In this document: one piece after another, positions 63,001-64,000 of the stretch | Position numbering within the stretch: position 1 is the stretch's first letter | Layout: each line of letters opens with the position of its first letter | DNA from: Dipteris shenzhenensis | Taxonomy: Eukaryota | Strand: one strand, 5' to 3' | DNA length: 64,000 bases | NCBI GenBank assembly: GCA_047967505.1 | Contig: CM106538.1 | Notes under the pieces: model-generated | Told to the model about the DNA's origin: nothing | What the model saw: only the letters and a program-made list of their open reading frames with translations | Database searches by the model: none | Position numbers and translations under genes: made by a program

Positions 63001-64000
63001 TTACATAATAGTATCAACCTCTTTTGCGTGCTTAATAGTGATGTGATGAAAAGATGGGTGACAAGATACGAGGATGCAAAGGCAAGAAGACAAGAAGAAA
63101 GGGCCCTCTTTCGTACACACCACGGATCTCATGTGCCATACCCTCAGCATCTAAGAGCACTTCCAAAGGATATTCATGTGGATTGGCTACTTGATGAAAT
63201 GGAGAAAGCAGAGAAAGACGAGGGGATGCATATCACAATGGAAGAATGGGAGTATGCTAGGGGATGCATGAGCAAGGTCGGTATATAGAATGTTATGCAT
63301 AAGTTAGGAGCTTTTTATAATTTAGATTGCTTATTTAATTGATTTTTTCTTGGTGTAGTGCACTATGTTCAATGCTATATGGTGTGACGGCAAGCATTTT
63401 CGAACACAACAGATTGATGATAAGAGAAACACACAAGATTGCGGCGTCATTGCTAGCTTTGAGGGAGCCAATGGAGCCATGGATGATTATTGTGGCATAA
63501 TCCAAGATATCATTATGCTTGACTTTCGACGCTTCTTTGTGTATGTTTTGGATGTAAAGTGGTTTAAGGACGTGGTGGAAAGAGGCCCTAATGCAACAAT
63601 CAAATGCCATGCAAGTGGCTTTGTAACTATTGACTCCATAAATTTTTGGCAAAGTAGGAAGGACACACTAGTACTACTGCAACAATGTGAACAGGTACTG
63701 TGCACACACATAAAAATACTCGCTTTTAAATATTTGATGCAAGAAAAGTAACACGATTGTATTTGTGTTTGAATTAGGTTGTCTATCAACCAATGGTGGA
63801 TAATAATAGATGGTGGCATGTCATACCTATTATGCCACGTTCCAAAGTGATGTATAGTACATTTACTAATATGGAGCGTATGGAGGATGATCATGGCCAT
63901 GGACGTGATGATGACCATGATACAAGAGAGGAGGATGATCATGAGATAGGAGATATAGATATTGAGGCCATTACCCGTGAGGACGAGCCTATCATTGGAG
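60095..64000 (+). mobile_element. CACTA/En-Spm TnpD-like transposase gene, copy 2 (pseudogene, 5'-deleted, extends through DUF4216-like region)
   Basis: Near-identical to 27324-30241 from 60193. Continues with RNTQDCGV..DYCGIIQDII.LDF...VKWF..SGF...LVLLQQCEQV (63365-63695). Stops at ~62146 and 62917. Confidence 0.96.

Noticed and set aside
1-64000. tRNA, rRNA or other structured ncRNA genes
   Set aside because: None recognised by eye; a covariance-model scan (tRNAscan-SE/Infernal) would be needed to exclude them.

Overview
Eukaryotic, plant-like heterochromatic DNA (GT-AG introns, TTTAGGG repeats, many C>T/G>A-type stop codons; a non-seed plant such as a fern is a guess only). It is made almost entirely of nested, decayed transposons, and no intact host gene is certain. 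Recognisable parts: a 5'-truncated Ty1/Copia element with its 3' LTR, a Helitron Rep fragment, a ~350/700-bp tandem array, two copies of a CACTA TnpD transposase gene, a hAT (DUF659) remnant, three fragments of an 'HGKGxxDG' DDD-type transposase family, and four MITEs with CTCGGGGG-type TIRs (three with 8-bp TSDs). The most notable structure is a large composite DNA element present twice in inverted orientation (A 30242-38588, B 45098 to at least 59600). It combines a conserved 24-bp terminus, a small ORF, a tandem Ulp1/C48 SUMO-protease-like gene (one Cys-containing domain, one Cys>Ser domain), a ~1-kb internal telomeric array, and a divergently oriented ~1250-codon Sola/DUF7869-like DDD transposase. 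The same terminus occurs a third time at 1862-1885, next to a BAH-like pseudogene. All family assignments come from motif recognition by eye, not database searches.
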